From positions 286,374 through 350,373 of the forward strand of contig JACOUT010000005.1 of the NCBI GenBank assembly GCA_016177705.1: 64,000 bases of DNA. Direction: 5' to 3'. A model generated the notes under the pieces. It saw only the letters and a list, made by a program, of their open reading frames with translations. It made no database searches and was not told the origin of the DNA. This DNA comes from Deltaproteobacteria bacterium (GTDB lineage Bacteria; Myxococcota; UBA727; VGSZ01). A program made the position numbers and the translations under genes. The first letter of the stretch is position 1. Each line of letters starts with the position of its first letter. Below, piece by piece: positions 52,507 to 62,357 of this stretch.

Positions 52507-53488
52507 ATGGCGGCAGTGCGGCGCGCGCTCATCGACAACGCGGAGGCGTTGGTCTTCATGGTTGCCACGCTGGTGGTGGCGACGCTGCTCGTGTGGTGGA
52601 GCATGTTCTCGAGCGGCCTGGTGGGCGAGGTGCAGCAGCTCTCCACCACGCTCGCGAACCTCGAGAGCGACGACGTGGTGCGCACGCAAGCGCTGGCCGA
52701 CGCCACTGCGCGCGCGAGGCGTCAGCAGGTGATGCTGCTCGGCGAGGGCTCGGTGTTCGCCGCCATGCTGCTGGTCTGCACTGGCGCGCTCTTCCTGGTG
52801 GCGCGCGCGCGCCGCGACGCCGGGCGGCGCATGGTCCGCTTGCTGCAGTTCACCACCCACGAGCTGAAGACACCGATCGCCGGCGTGCGCGTGCTGCTGC
52901 AGAGCCTGCAGCTCGGCTCCATCCCCGAGGAGCAGCGCGCGCGCCTGCTCGCGCAGGGCGTGCTCGAGACCGAGCGGCTCGCGCACCTGGCCGAGACCAT
53001 CCTCGCCTTCCAACGCGCCACCTCGAAGGCGCGCCTCAAGCCCGCTCCCACCGCCAGCGAGCCGCTGCTGCGTGAGCTGCTCGAGGTACGCCAGAAGACC
53101 TTCGGGCACGATGAAGTTGCGCTCGGCGCCGTCGGCAACGCCGAGGTCAAGGTCGATCGCGATGCCTTCCGGGTCGTGCTCGAGAACCTGCTCGACAACG
53201 CGCGCAAGTACGGCGGCGGGCACGTCGCGATGTCGGCGCGCACCGTCGATCACCGCTGGCAGCTCGAGGTCAAGGACCAGGGCGTCGGCTTCTCCCCCGG
53301 CGAAGCCGAGCGGCTGTTCGCCCCCTTCGAGCGCGATGACCGCAGCGGCATGCAGGCTGGCTCCGGTCTCGGCCTGTACATCTCCCGCCAGCTCATGCGC
53401 GACATGGGCGGCGACCTGACCGCGACCAGCGAGGGACCTGGAAAAGGCGCTACCTTCACCGTGACGCTGAGCGTGGCGGGAGGCGATC

Positions 53489-53496
<8 letters not shown>
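52507..53496 (+). CDS. Two-TM sensor histidine kinase (HisKA + HATPase_c)
   Basis: GGAGG before the ATG at 52507; TM1 VFMVATLVVATLLVWW, TM2 SVFAAMLLVCTGALFLV; H-box FTTHELKTPIAG; N/G boxes LDNARKYG, GSGLGLYISRQL. Confidence 0.75.
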
Positions 53497-54214
<718 letters not shown>

Positions 54215-54230
54215 CCCGTGGACCGGCGGG

Positions 54231-55325
54231 ATGAGCACGCTCGCTGCCGTCGTCGACGAGCAGGCGCGTGCCACCGTGGTGTTGATCAACGTCGGCACGC
54301 CGGACGCGCCCACGACGCCCGCAGTGCGCCGCTACCTGCGCGAATTTCTTTCCGACCCGCGCGTCGTCGACCTGCCGCCGCTCGGCCGCTGGGCGCTGCT
54401 CAACTTCGTCATCCTGCCGTTTCGCCCGAAGAAGAGCGCGGCGCTGTATCGAGCGATCTGGACGGAGCAGGGCTCGCCCTTGTTGGTGCACGGGCGGGCG
54501 CTCGCCGCCGCGCTGCAGCAGCAGTTGCCGCACGCGCGCGTGGTGCTCGCCATGCGCTACGGCTCACCCTCGCTGGCCGAGGCGCTGGCGCACGCCGACG
54601 AGCGCGTGGTGCTGGTACCGCTGTTCCCCCAATACGCGTCGGCGACCACCGGCAGCGCGTTGGCCGAGGTGAGGCGGCTGCTCGGCGCCGCCGGCCAGCA
54701 GTCGGTCGTCGAGGTGCCGCCGTTCTTCGACGACGACGGCTTCCTCGATGTCGCCGTTGCTACGATCATGGAAGCGACGAAGGCAGAGGCTGACGCGCTG
54801 CTGCTCAGCTACCACGGCGTGCCGGTCTCCCAGGTGCAGGCGACCGTCTCGTCCGGGCACGTGTGCGGCGCCGACGAGTGCTGGGGCTGCTGCGCCGCCC
54901 TCGGTGACGCCAACGCCCGCTGCTACCGGGCGCAGTGCCTGGCAACCAGCCGCGCGCTCGAGCAGCGGCTGCGCGCGGTCGGCTTCGACGCACCGGTGAC
55001 GACGTCGTTTCAGTCGCGGCTCGGGCGCGCTCGCTGGATCGGGCCATCGACCGTCGACACCGTCGACCGGCTGGCGCAGCAAGGCGTCAAGCGGCTGGCG
55101 GTGGCCTGTCCCTCGTTCGTCGCCGACTGCCTGGAGACGCTCGAGGAGATCGGCGTGCACCTGCGCGCGCGCTTCCTGGCGGCGGGCGGGGAGCGCTTCA
55201 CGCTGGTGCCGTGCCTGAACGACGACGCGCGCTTCGTCGCCGCGCTGGCGCGGTTGATCGAGCGCGCGCTCGCCCCAAGCCCGGCGGTCAAGGACACAGG
55301 GACATCGTCGCGTTCACCGGCGTGA
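54231..55325 (+). CDS. hemH: Ferrochelatase
   Basis: VVLINVGTPDAPT..., ...LLLSYHGVP..., ...CPSFVADCLETLEEI... Confidence 0.8.
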   Translation: MSTLAAVVDEQARATVVLINVGTPDAPTTPAVRRYLREFLSDPRVVDLPPLGRWALLNFVILPFRPKKSAALYRAIWTEQGSPLLVHGRALAAALQQQLPHARVVLAMRYGSPSLAEALAHADERVVLVPLFPQYASATTGSALAEVRRLLGAAGQQSVVEVPPFFDDDGFLDVAVATIMEATKAEADALLLSYHGVPVSQVQATVSSGHVCGADECWGCCAALGDANARCYRAQCLATSRALEQRLRAVGFDAPVTTSFQSRLGRARWIGPSTVDTVDRLAQQGVKRLAVACPSFVADCLETLEEIGVHLRARFLAAGGERFTLVPCLNDDARFVAALARLIERALAPSPAVKDTGTSSRSPA

Positions 55326-56769
55326 CCGTGCCCGAAGGGAACGTCACGTCGCTGACGTGCCAGAGCGCGCACGACGCGGGCAGCGCGCCGGTGGCGCTGA
55401 AGCTCGCCGGCAGCGTGTCGTCGAGCACGACCTCGAGCGTCGCATCGACGGCGCCAAGGCCGGCATCGTCGAAGAGCTGCAGCCACAGCTCCCAGGTACC
55501 TCCGGCAGGCAACGGCCCGGCGATCTCCTCCTCGCCGGGGCCGCTTTCCGCGTCGTCGAGCAGCAAGAAGGCGTCGACGGCCCGGTTGTCGTAGCGCACG
55601 TCTCGCGCGGAGAAGAGCGCGCTGCCGCTCTCGACCAGGTGCAGATCGACATCGCCGCCGGAGCCCCAGCGGGCGCGCGCCCGGAGCGAATAGCGCGCCA
55701 CCGCGTCGACGGTGACGGTGCAGGGCACGCTCGGTTGACCGAGCGAGTCGCGCACCACCAGCGTCACCACGAAGGTGCCGCGCGCATCGGGGGTGAACAG
55801 CGCGCTCCGCGCCGCGCCGTCGACGATGGTGGCGCTGGAGCCGGCGGGCGCGGTCAGCGCCCACTGGAAGACCAACGGATCCCCCTCAGGATCGCTCGAG
55901 GCGGTGCCGTCGATGCCGACGAGGTCATCGACGCGGGCGGAGCTGGTGGTGCCGCCGGTGACGCTGTCCTGGCACGCGGCGGTCGGCGGCTGGTCGTCGC
56001 CCCCGGTGCCGCGCAGGTTGACCGTGGCCGCCGGCGTGTCGCGGTCGTTGCTGTCGACGGTGAGGATGGCGGCATCGTCGCCGTCACCGGCCGGTGCATA
56101 GATGACGACGACGGCCGCGCTCTCCCCCGGGGCCAAGCGCGCGCCTTGGCTTGAGGAGCCGAGCGAGAAGTCGCTCGAGCCCGACAGGCGCACGCGCTCG
56201 ACGTCCAGCGGATCCTCGCCGACGCTCCTGATGGTGACGATGCGGCTGGTCGCCTGCGTCGGGCGCACCCTGCCGAGGTCGACGTCGAGCGGCACCGCGC
56301 ACGGCGCACCCTCGCCCTCGCCGTCGCACAGCAGGATGCCCGGCTGCGGCGGCGGCACGCCGACCCAGGTGAGCTGCACGCTCGCCGGCGAATGCGCTCG
56401 ATCGGAGGACACCACCGACAGCTCGGCGCTGCCGGGTCCGAGCGCGTCGGCGCCGAGCGCGGTGGCGATGGACAGGGGCTTGCCGCTGCGCGGCGCCACG
56501 TCCTCGGGCAAGAGCTCGACCGTGAGCGCGGGGTGGTCGAGCGCGTAGCCGTCGACGGCGAGGCGGCCGTCGCCACGGTTGACGACGGCGACCTCGATGA
56601 TGGCGGCAATCTCGACCGGCAACTCGCCCGCGTCGATGACGCCGTCGCACTGCTCCGGCGCGGCATCGACGGCGGGGCACAGCGAGATCCACGGCACCAA
56701 CTCGCGCAGCTCTTCGTCGGCGCACGACGTCGTGCCGAGCGCCAGCAGCGAGAGCGCGAGTACCCTCAC
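55288..56769 (-). CDS. Secreted lipoprotein with PKD-like domain
   Basis: The GTG at 56769 overlaps the upstream stop (GTGA); VRVLALSLLALGTTSC lipobox; PKD-like block ...DGTASSDPEGDPLVFQWAL... Confidence 0.5.
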   Translation of the reverse strand: MRVLALSLLALGTTSCADEELRELVPWISLCPAVDAAPEQCDGVIDAGELPVEIAAIIEVAVVNRGDGRLAVDGYALDHPALTVELLPEDVAPRSGKPLSIATALGADALGPGSAELSVVSSDRAHSPASVQLTWVGVPPPQPGILLCDGEGEGAPCAVPLDVDLGRVRPTQATSRIVTIRSVGEDPLDVERVRLSGSSDFSLGSSSQGARLAPGESAAVVVIYAPAGDGDDAAILTVDSNDRDTPAATVNLRGTGGDDQPPTAACQDSVTGGTTSSARVDDLVGIDGTASSDPEGDPLVFQWALTAPAGSSATIVDGAARSALFTPDARGTFVVTLVVRDSLGQPSVPCTVTVDAVARYSLRARARWGSGGDVDLHLVESGSALFSARDVRYDNRAVDAFLLLDDAESGPGEEEIAGPLPAGGTWELWLQLFDDAGLGAVDATLEVVLDDTLPASFSATGALPASCALWHVSDVTFPSGTVTPVNATMSLCP

Positions 56770-59396
56770 AGGGCCTCCAGGGGATCGGAGGGCGTGACGT
56801 TCAAGCACATGCGCGCGAACGTCTGGCTGCCGGAGGGCAGCTCGAAGAGCGCGCTCTCACAGATCAAGCCGGTCGGGCACATGGCGTCGAAGCAGCAGGG
56901 CTCGATGCAGACGCGCAGGTCGCTGTCACACAGCTCGCTCTCGCACTGGAGGTTCGCGCTGCATGCGGCTCCGGCCGGCCGACCACCGTTGCCCGCCGTG
57001 TCGGGTGAGCACAGGGCGACGGTGTCGACGCCGCCGTTTGGCCCCGGCACCGCGGGACCGACCAACGCGCAACGCTCAGATCCCGCGCAGTCGGCATCTC
57101 CGCAGCAGATCTCGCGGCAGCGACGCTGGCCGGCGACATCCGCGCACGAGGCGGAGCCGTTGACGCAGCGGGCGGCGTTGGTGGTGGTGCAGGTGGCGCC
57201 CAGCGCGAGATCCTGCTGGCTGAGCACCTTCATGCAGCGCCCGTAGCTTGGAGCAGCCGCGCTCGCCTGGCAGTTGAGCGCGCCGGGGCAGCTATCCTCG
57301 TGGGTGCACAGGTCGGTGCAGTACTTGTCGGGCGGGCCGGTCAGGCGCTGGTCGGAGAGGCACGTGCCGGAGCGGCAATCCGAGTCACGGCTGCATGCCT
57401 GGCCGACGGCGCGCGCGCCGAAGCCCGTGGTGACCGCGCAGCCGTGCAGGTTGACGGTCGGCGTCAGCGCGGAGGCGCAGGTCTCGTCGACGTCGCACGA
57501 GTCGCCGAGGCCGAGCCCCGGGCTCGTCAGGTTGCAGAAGGAGGTGCAGGTGAAATCACCTGTGCCGCCGCCGCCCGCGTTCAGCGACTCGACGCAGATC
57601 AGCCGGTCGCGGCACTCGTCCGTGTTTGCCGCGAAGTTGCACGGATCGCCGACGTCACAGTTCTCGGTGGTGTTGCGGTTGCAGTCGGTGTCCTTGCCGT
57701 CGCACACCTCGGCAGCACCCGGGTGCACGTTGCGGTCGGCGTTGTTGCAGTCGCCCTGACAGCCGGTGACGCCGTCGTTGTCGCCGTCGCCGGCGTCGCA
57801 CGGGGAGCAGGTCTCGTCGACGAAGCCGTCGCAGTCCTCGTCCACGCCGGTGCCGCGGTCGTTCGGCTGGTTGCAGGTGGCAGCACCCGCCGCGCCCATC
57901 TTGCACAGCTCGCAGGAGGCAGGACCCGGGTGCACGAGCTGGTCGACGTCGTTGCAGTCGACCAGCGAGGCGTCGAGGCCGCCGCCGGGCAGGATGGTGC
58001 CGCAGGTGGTGTAGCCGTCGCCGTCGCCGTCGAAGCCCTCGTCGATGTAGGCGTCGCAATCCTGATTGAGGCCGTCACAGCGCTCCGGCGCGCCCGGGAA
58101 GACGGCGCCATTGGTCTCGTCGCAGTCGTTGCACTGGTTGCTGCCATCGAAGTCGGCGTCGATGCCAGGATTGCAGGCCGCGCAGCCGTTCGTGAGGCTA
58201 CCGTCGCAGTCCTCGTCGACGCTGTTGTTGCAGATCTCGGTGTCGCCCGGGCTGACCGCTGCGTTGGCGTCGTTGCAGTCGAGGGTCGAGGGCCCCGACA
58301 GCGGGCACGCGCCGATCGACCCGGCGGCGCCGACGAAGGTGATGGCGCCGTCGCAGTAGTCGTCGCCGTCGTCGTCGCAGCCGTTATCGATCACGGTGTT
58401 GCAGTCGTCGTCGACGTTGTCGCAGCGCTCCGCCTGCGGCGTGCCCGGCGTGGCGTTGCACTGCACGCCGTCGCCGGCGCCGTTGCAGACCGTGACACCG
58501 CTGGTGGCGCAGGCGCCGGCGCCCGCCGTGCAAGGACTGCCGAGGTCGAACCCTTCGTCGACACAGCTATTGCCGTTGTTGTCCGAGCCGTCGCAGGCCT
58601 CCACGCTTGGGTCGATCGACACGGAGCACTCGAGGCCGCGATCGTCGGCGGTGCAGGCCCACGTTCCGCTCACGGGGCAGGTGGTCCCCACGGTGCAGCC
58701 GGTGCCGAGCGGCGCGAACCCCTCGTCGATCTCGCCGTCGCAGTCGTCGTCCGGCTCGTTGCCGCACAGCTCGACGCGCCCGCTCGCGTCTAGGCCTTGC
58801 GCGGTGCAGACGGTGGCGAGCCCGTCGGCGGTGCACACCGTGACGCCATCTTGTTGGCAGGCGCCGAGCCCATCCGAGCACGCCGCGCCCGCGATGAAAC
58901 CCTCGTCGCTGTCCGTGTCGCAGTCGTCGTCGACGCCGTTGCACACCTCGTCGCCCGGCCCCACACCGCCCAGGCACACGCCCGACCAGGTACCGCTCTC
59001 GCAGCGCTCGACGCCGTACTCGCAGACGCCGACCTTCAGGCCACAGGTGCGCTGGTCGCCGGTGGTGCATGGTCCCGGCGGTCCGGTCGGCACGTCGGGC
59101 GTGGGCGCGTCGAGCACGCAGCGACCGGTGGCGAGCGCGCACAGCTCGTCGGCCGCGCAGTCGCCGTCCTCTGTGCAGCCGGTGTCGCCGACGTCGGCGG
59201 CGGCGGGGACGCACATGCCGTCGACGCATTGCTGCCCGAGCGGACAGTCGTCGTCGCGCGCGCAGCTCGGGCCGGCATCGACGTCGGCGGGAGCGCCGCC
59301 ATCGGCGCCGATCAGGCCGGGCGGCACCGTGCACGCGTCGCACGCGGCAGCCAGCACCATGAGCAGCAGGGCTATGACGGCCCGCGACCAGCGCAT
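56766..59396 (-). CDS. Cys-rich secreted repeat protein with MopE-like putative metal-binding motifs
   Basis: Start M164 of track ORF (MRWSRAVIALLLMVLAAAC); at least 8 repeats of C-x-G-x-D-D-D-C-D-x(3)-D-E-G-F/C type (CNGVDDDCDTDSDEGF, CGNEPDDDCDGEIDEGF, CDNVDDDCNTVIDNGC, CDGLNQDCDAYIDEGF...). Confidence 0.65.
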   Translation of the reverse strand: MRWSRAVIALLLMVLAAACDACTVPPGLIGADGGAPADVDAGPSCARDDDCPLGQQCVDGMCVPAAADVGDTGCTEDGDCAADELCALATGRCVLDAPTPDVPTGPPGPCTTGDQRTCGLKVGVCEYGVERCESGTWSGVCLGGVGPGDEVCNGVDDDCDTDSDEGFIAGAACSDGLGACQQDGVTVCTADGLATVCTAQGLDASGRVELCGNEPDDDCDGEIDEGFAPLGTGCTVGTTCPVSGTWACTADDRGLECSVSIDPSVEACDGSDNNGNSCVDEGFDLGSPCTAGAGACATSGVTVCNGAGDGVQCNATPGTPQAERCDNVDDDCNTVIDNGCDDDGDDYCDGAITFVGAAGSIGACPLSGPSTLDCNDANAAVSPGDTEICNNSVDEDCDGSLTNGCAACNPGIDADFDGSNQCNDCDETNGAVFPGAPERCDGLNQDCDAYIDEGFDGDGDGYTTCGTILPGGGLDASLVDCNDVDQLVHPGPASCELCKMGAAGAATCNQPNDRGTGVDEDCDGFVDETCSPCDAGDGDNDGVTGCQGDCNNADRNVHPGAAEVCDGKDTDCNRNTTENCDVGDPCNFAANTDECRDRLICVESLNAGGGGTGDFTCTSFCNLTSPGLGLGDSCDVDETCASALTPTVNLHGCAVTTGFGARAVGQACSRDSDCRSGTCLSDQRLTGPPDKYCTDLCTHEDSCPGALNCQASAAAPSYGRCMKVLSQQDLALGATCTTTNAARCVNGSASCADVAGQRRCREICCGDADCAGSERCALVGPAVPGPNGGVDTVALCSPDTAGNGGRPAGAACSANLQCESELCDSDLRVCIEPCCFDAMCPTGLICESALFELPSGSQTFARMCLNVTPSDPLEAL

Positions 59397-59473
59397 CTCG
59401 TCGAAGGTACCACACGCCGCCGCCACTGCCCGCGGCGCAAGACGCTCGGCCGGATGGTTACGCAGGAGCGCGC

Positions 59474-61414
59474 GTGCGCTATGGCGTCGATGTGGGAGCG
59501 ATGCTGCTCGTCGCCTGCTGGGGTGCGGCCGTCGTCGTGGCTCGAGGGGCGTTGCTGCGAGCGGGGGAGGCGCGCGCCTCGCTGGTCGCGTGCCTGGCGT
59601 GCGCGCTCGTTGCCGTCCTCCCCGGGCAGCTCTGCCGCGCCACCGGCGGCCTGCCGTTGGCGATGGGCCTGTCGGCCGTGCTCTTCGCCGTTGGCGCGTT
59701 TGCGCTGCGGCGGACAGCTCGTGAGCTGCCGCCGCTCGGCGCCGTCGATGCGCGCCCGGCCTGGCCCGCCTGGATCGTCGGCGGGGCGGCGCTCGTGTGC
59801 GTGGTGCATGGCGCGCTGTTCCGCAACTTCTTCGACGACGAGCACCACGTGCCGATGGCGATGGCGCTGGTGCGCGGCGTGGCACCGCCCGAGCACCCGC
59901 TCTTGCCCGGACAGGTGCTGCCGTACCACTGGGGGGTCGATGCGCTCTACGCCCAGCTGGTCGTCGCGGGCGTGCCCATCGACCGCGCCATCGACCTCGT
60001 CACCATCGGCTCGTTCGCCCTCTTGCTGTGGACGGCCGCCACGTTCGGCGCGCTCGCCGCCGGCCGCGTCGGCGCCACGCTCGTGCCCATGCTGGCGCCG
60101 CTCGCGGGCAGCGTGCTCGCGCAGCCGCTGCACGACGACCTCGGGCCGTTCGCGATCGCGTCGCGCTACCCGCCGGCGTGGCGCGAGTGGACCCGCCGGC
60201 CGCCGCCCATCACCGCCGACTTCTTCCAGCACCCCCAGGGGCTCGCGCTGCCGCTGGTGCTGGCGGTGCTGGCGCTCGTCGCCGTCGAGCGTGAGCACGA
60301 CGACGAGCGGCGGCGCGTCTGGCGGTGCGCGCTCGGCGCCGCCCTGCTCTCGGCCCTGTCGATGGTGCAGGCGGTGCACTTCCTGGTGCTCGGCTTCGGG
60401 CTCGGCGCCGCGGCGCTCTGCGTGTTCGTGCGCACGCGCGATCGCCGCCGCCTCGCCATCGACCTCGGTCTGCTCGCGGCGGCCGGGCTGCTTGCTCCTG
60501 TGCTCGGCGGCTTTTTCTCGCCGAGCGCGGGCACCGGCGGCACGCTGGTGTGGGGGCTCGACTTCTTCCGCGCGACCTCGGTGGCCGACTCGCTGGCGCA
60601 CCACCTGGTCGCCTTCGGTGTGCCGCTCTTGTTGTTGCCGCTCGCGGCGGTCGCGGGCGGCCGGCTGCGCCTCGCGTTGGTGTTCGGCGCGGCCATCGGC
60701 CTGCTGCTGCCAAACGTCGTCGTCTATCGCCACACCTGGGACATCGTGAAGCTCTACAGCGCCGGCGGATTCCTCGCGAGCGTGGCGCTGGCCGATACGC
60801 TGGCGCGCGGTTGGCGGACGCGCGGCGTCGTCGGACGGGCGCTCGTGGTGCTGCTGGTCGTCTTCACCATCGAGTTTCCGCTCGCCTGGCTCGCGTCGCG
60901 CACGGTGTTGCAGGGGCGGCTTGCCATCCCCGCCAAGGTCGACTGGCGGCCGCGCCGGGAGCTGACGGCGCTCGGCGACCAGGTGAGGCCGCTCGTGCCC
61001 ACGCGCGATCTCGTCTTAGTGCACGAGGTCGACGTGGCGCGAGTCACCGGGCTGTTCGCCCCCGGCTTCGACGCGCGGCACTACGCGAGCGGGCACATCG
61101 TCGACTTCACCAAGGCGCGCGCGCTGACGGCGGCGCAACGGCGAGCGTGGCAGGACATGGATCCGGCTGCGCTCGAGCTGTTGCAGGTGCGCTGGGTGTT
61201 GGTGAGCGAGGGAGAGCTTGCGCGCCTCGGTGAGCAGGCGCGCGCTGCGCTCGCCGACCCTCAGCGCTTCGAGGTGGTGCGCCGCGATCTGCCGGGGCGG
61301 TTCACGCTGTGGCGGCGCCGGGGTCGCCGTTGCCGGCACCGGGGGCGCGCTCGGCGTGCAGCGCCCGCTCGGCGCGCGCCACCAGGTCGTCGATGTGCTG
61401 GTCGCCGTCGATGA
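59474..61414 (+). CDS. Polytopic membrane protein, GT-C/PMT-like glycosyltransferase candidate
   Basis: At least 10 hydrophobic helices; loop ...FRNFFDDEHHVPMAMALVRG...; the 3' tail is Arg-rich and overlaps the convergent GGDEF gene by about 110 nt, so the true stop may be a frameshift or sequencing artefact. Confidence 0.45.
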   Translation: MRYGVDVGAMLLVACWGAAVVVARGALLRAGEARASLVACLACALVAVLPGQLCRATGGLPLAMGLSAVLFAVGAFALRRTARELPPLGAVDARPAWPAWIVGGAALVCVVHGALFRNFFDDEHHVPMAMALVRGVAPPEHPLLPGQVLPYHWGVDALYAQLVVAGVPIDRAIDLVTIGSFALLLWTAATFGALAAGRVGATLVPMLAPLAGSVLAQPLHDDLGPFAIASRYPPAWREWTRRPPPITADFFQHPQGLALPLVLAVLALVAVEREHDDERRRVWRCALGAALLSALSMVQAVHFLVLGFGLGAAALCVFVRTRDRRRLAIDLGLLAAAGLLAPVLGGFFSPSAGTGGTLVWGLDFFRATSVADSLAHHLVAFGVPLLLLPLAAVAGGRLRLALVFGAAIGLLLPNVVVYRHTWDIVKLYSAGGFLASVALADTLARGWRTRGVVGRALVVLLVVFTIEFPLAWLASRTVLQGRLAIPAKVDWRPRRELTALGDQVRPLVPTRDLVLVHEVDVARVTGLFAPGFDARHYASGHIVDFTKARALTAAQRRAWQDMDPAALELLQVRWVLVSEGELARLGEQARAALADPQRFEVVRRDLPGRFTLWRRRGRRCRHRGRARRAAPARRAPPGRRCAGRRR

Positions 61415-62357
61415 GCGTGGCTGCGCCGACGCTGACGTTGACCTCGATCAGCTTGTCGCCCGCCAACAGCGGCGCGTTCTTGAGCTTGAGGCGCAGGCGC
61501 TCGCACAGCGCGGCGGCGCCCGCGCCATCGGCATCCATCACGAGCGCGACGAACTGATCGGCGGCGATGCGCGCGATCATGTCGGTCTCGCGCAGCGCGC
61601 CTTGGCACATCGACGCCACCGCGCGCAGCACCTCGTCGCCGGCGGAGCGCCCGTGGCTCTGCCGAATGCCCTCAAGCCCCTCGACGTCGAGCTTGATGAC
61701 CGACAACGCCACGCCGCGGCGGCGCGCCAGCGCCAGCTCGCGGCGCGCCAGGCGCTCCATTTGCTTCTTGTCGGGGACGCCGGTGAGCTCGTCGGTGCGG
61801 CCGAAGCGCTCGAGGTCGTGACGCAGGCGGTCGAGCTCGTCCTCGCGGTCGCGCCGCCGCCGCGCGCGCAGGCCGGCGGCGGCACCTGCTGCGACGGCGG
61901 CGCCGAACGCTGGCAGCCCCACGAACGCGAGCGGGAAGATGAACCAGCGAGACGCGCCTGCGGCCACCAGCACCACCGCGGCGCCGACCACAGCGGCAGC
62001 GGCTGCGGCGGCTGCGGCCCGCCCACCGGGTGCAGCCACCGCCACGAACATCGCCACCAGCGCAAGGCCGCCCATGCCGTAGCCGAAGCCCGACGGCAGG
62101 ATGTGGGCGCTGCCGCAGACCGCCGCGGCGGCGACGCTGGCCGCGCCCGCGAGCCACCAAGTTCGTTTGCCGGGCACCAGGTAGGCGCCGGCCAACATGG
62201 CGAGCAGGCCGGCGCCGCCAAGCAGGCGCCATGGCAGCAGGCGATCGACATGCTCGGGAGCTACCACCAGGTCGTAGCCGGAGGACGCCACCGCGCCCGC
62301 GGCGAGGAAGCCGATGCCGGTCAACAGCGCCAGGCGCGCCACTGCCTCGTCATTCAT
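61302..62357 (-). CDS. Membrane-anchored GGDEF-domain protein with degenerate active site (AADQF)
   Basis: Start M199 of track ORF (MNDEAVARL); 5-6 N-terminal TM helices; GGDEF fold ...DELTGVPDKK...LDVEGLEGIRQSHGRSAGDEVL...RIAADQFVAL..., with AADQF in place of GG(D/E)EF. Confidence 0.7.
   Translation of the reverse strand: MNDEAVARLALLTGIGFLAAGAVASSGYDLVVAPEHVDRLLPWRLLGGAGLLAMLAGAYLVPGKRTWWLAGAASVAAAAVCGSAHILPSGFGYGMGGLALVAMFVAVAAPGGRAAAAAAAAAVVGAAVVLVAAGASRWFIFPLAFVGLPAFGAAVAAGAAAGLRARRRRDREDELDRLRHDLERFGRTDELTGVPDKKQMERLARRELALARRRGVALSVIKLDVEGLEGIRQSHGRSAGDEVLRAVASMCQGALRETDMIARIAADQFVALVMDADGAGAAALCERLRLKLKNAPLLAGDKLIEVNVSVGAATLIDGDQHIDDLVARAERALHAERAPGAGNGDPGAATA

Noticed and set aside
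59397-59885. 163-codon N-terminal extension of track ORF 56766..59885
   Set aside because: The extension is Arg/Pro-rich junk preceding a perfect signal peptide (MRWSRAVIALLLMVLAAAC); the true start is taken as M164.
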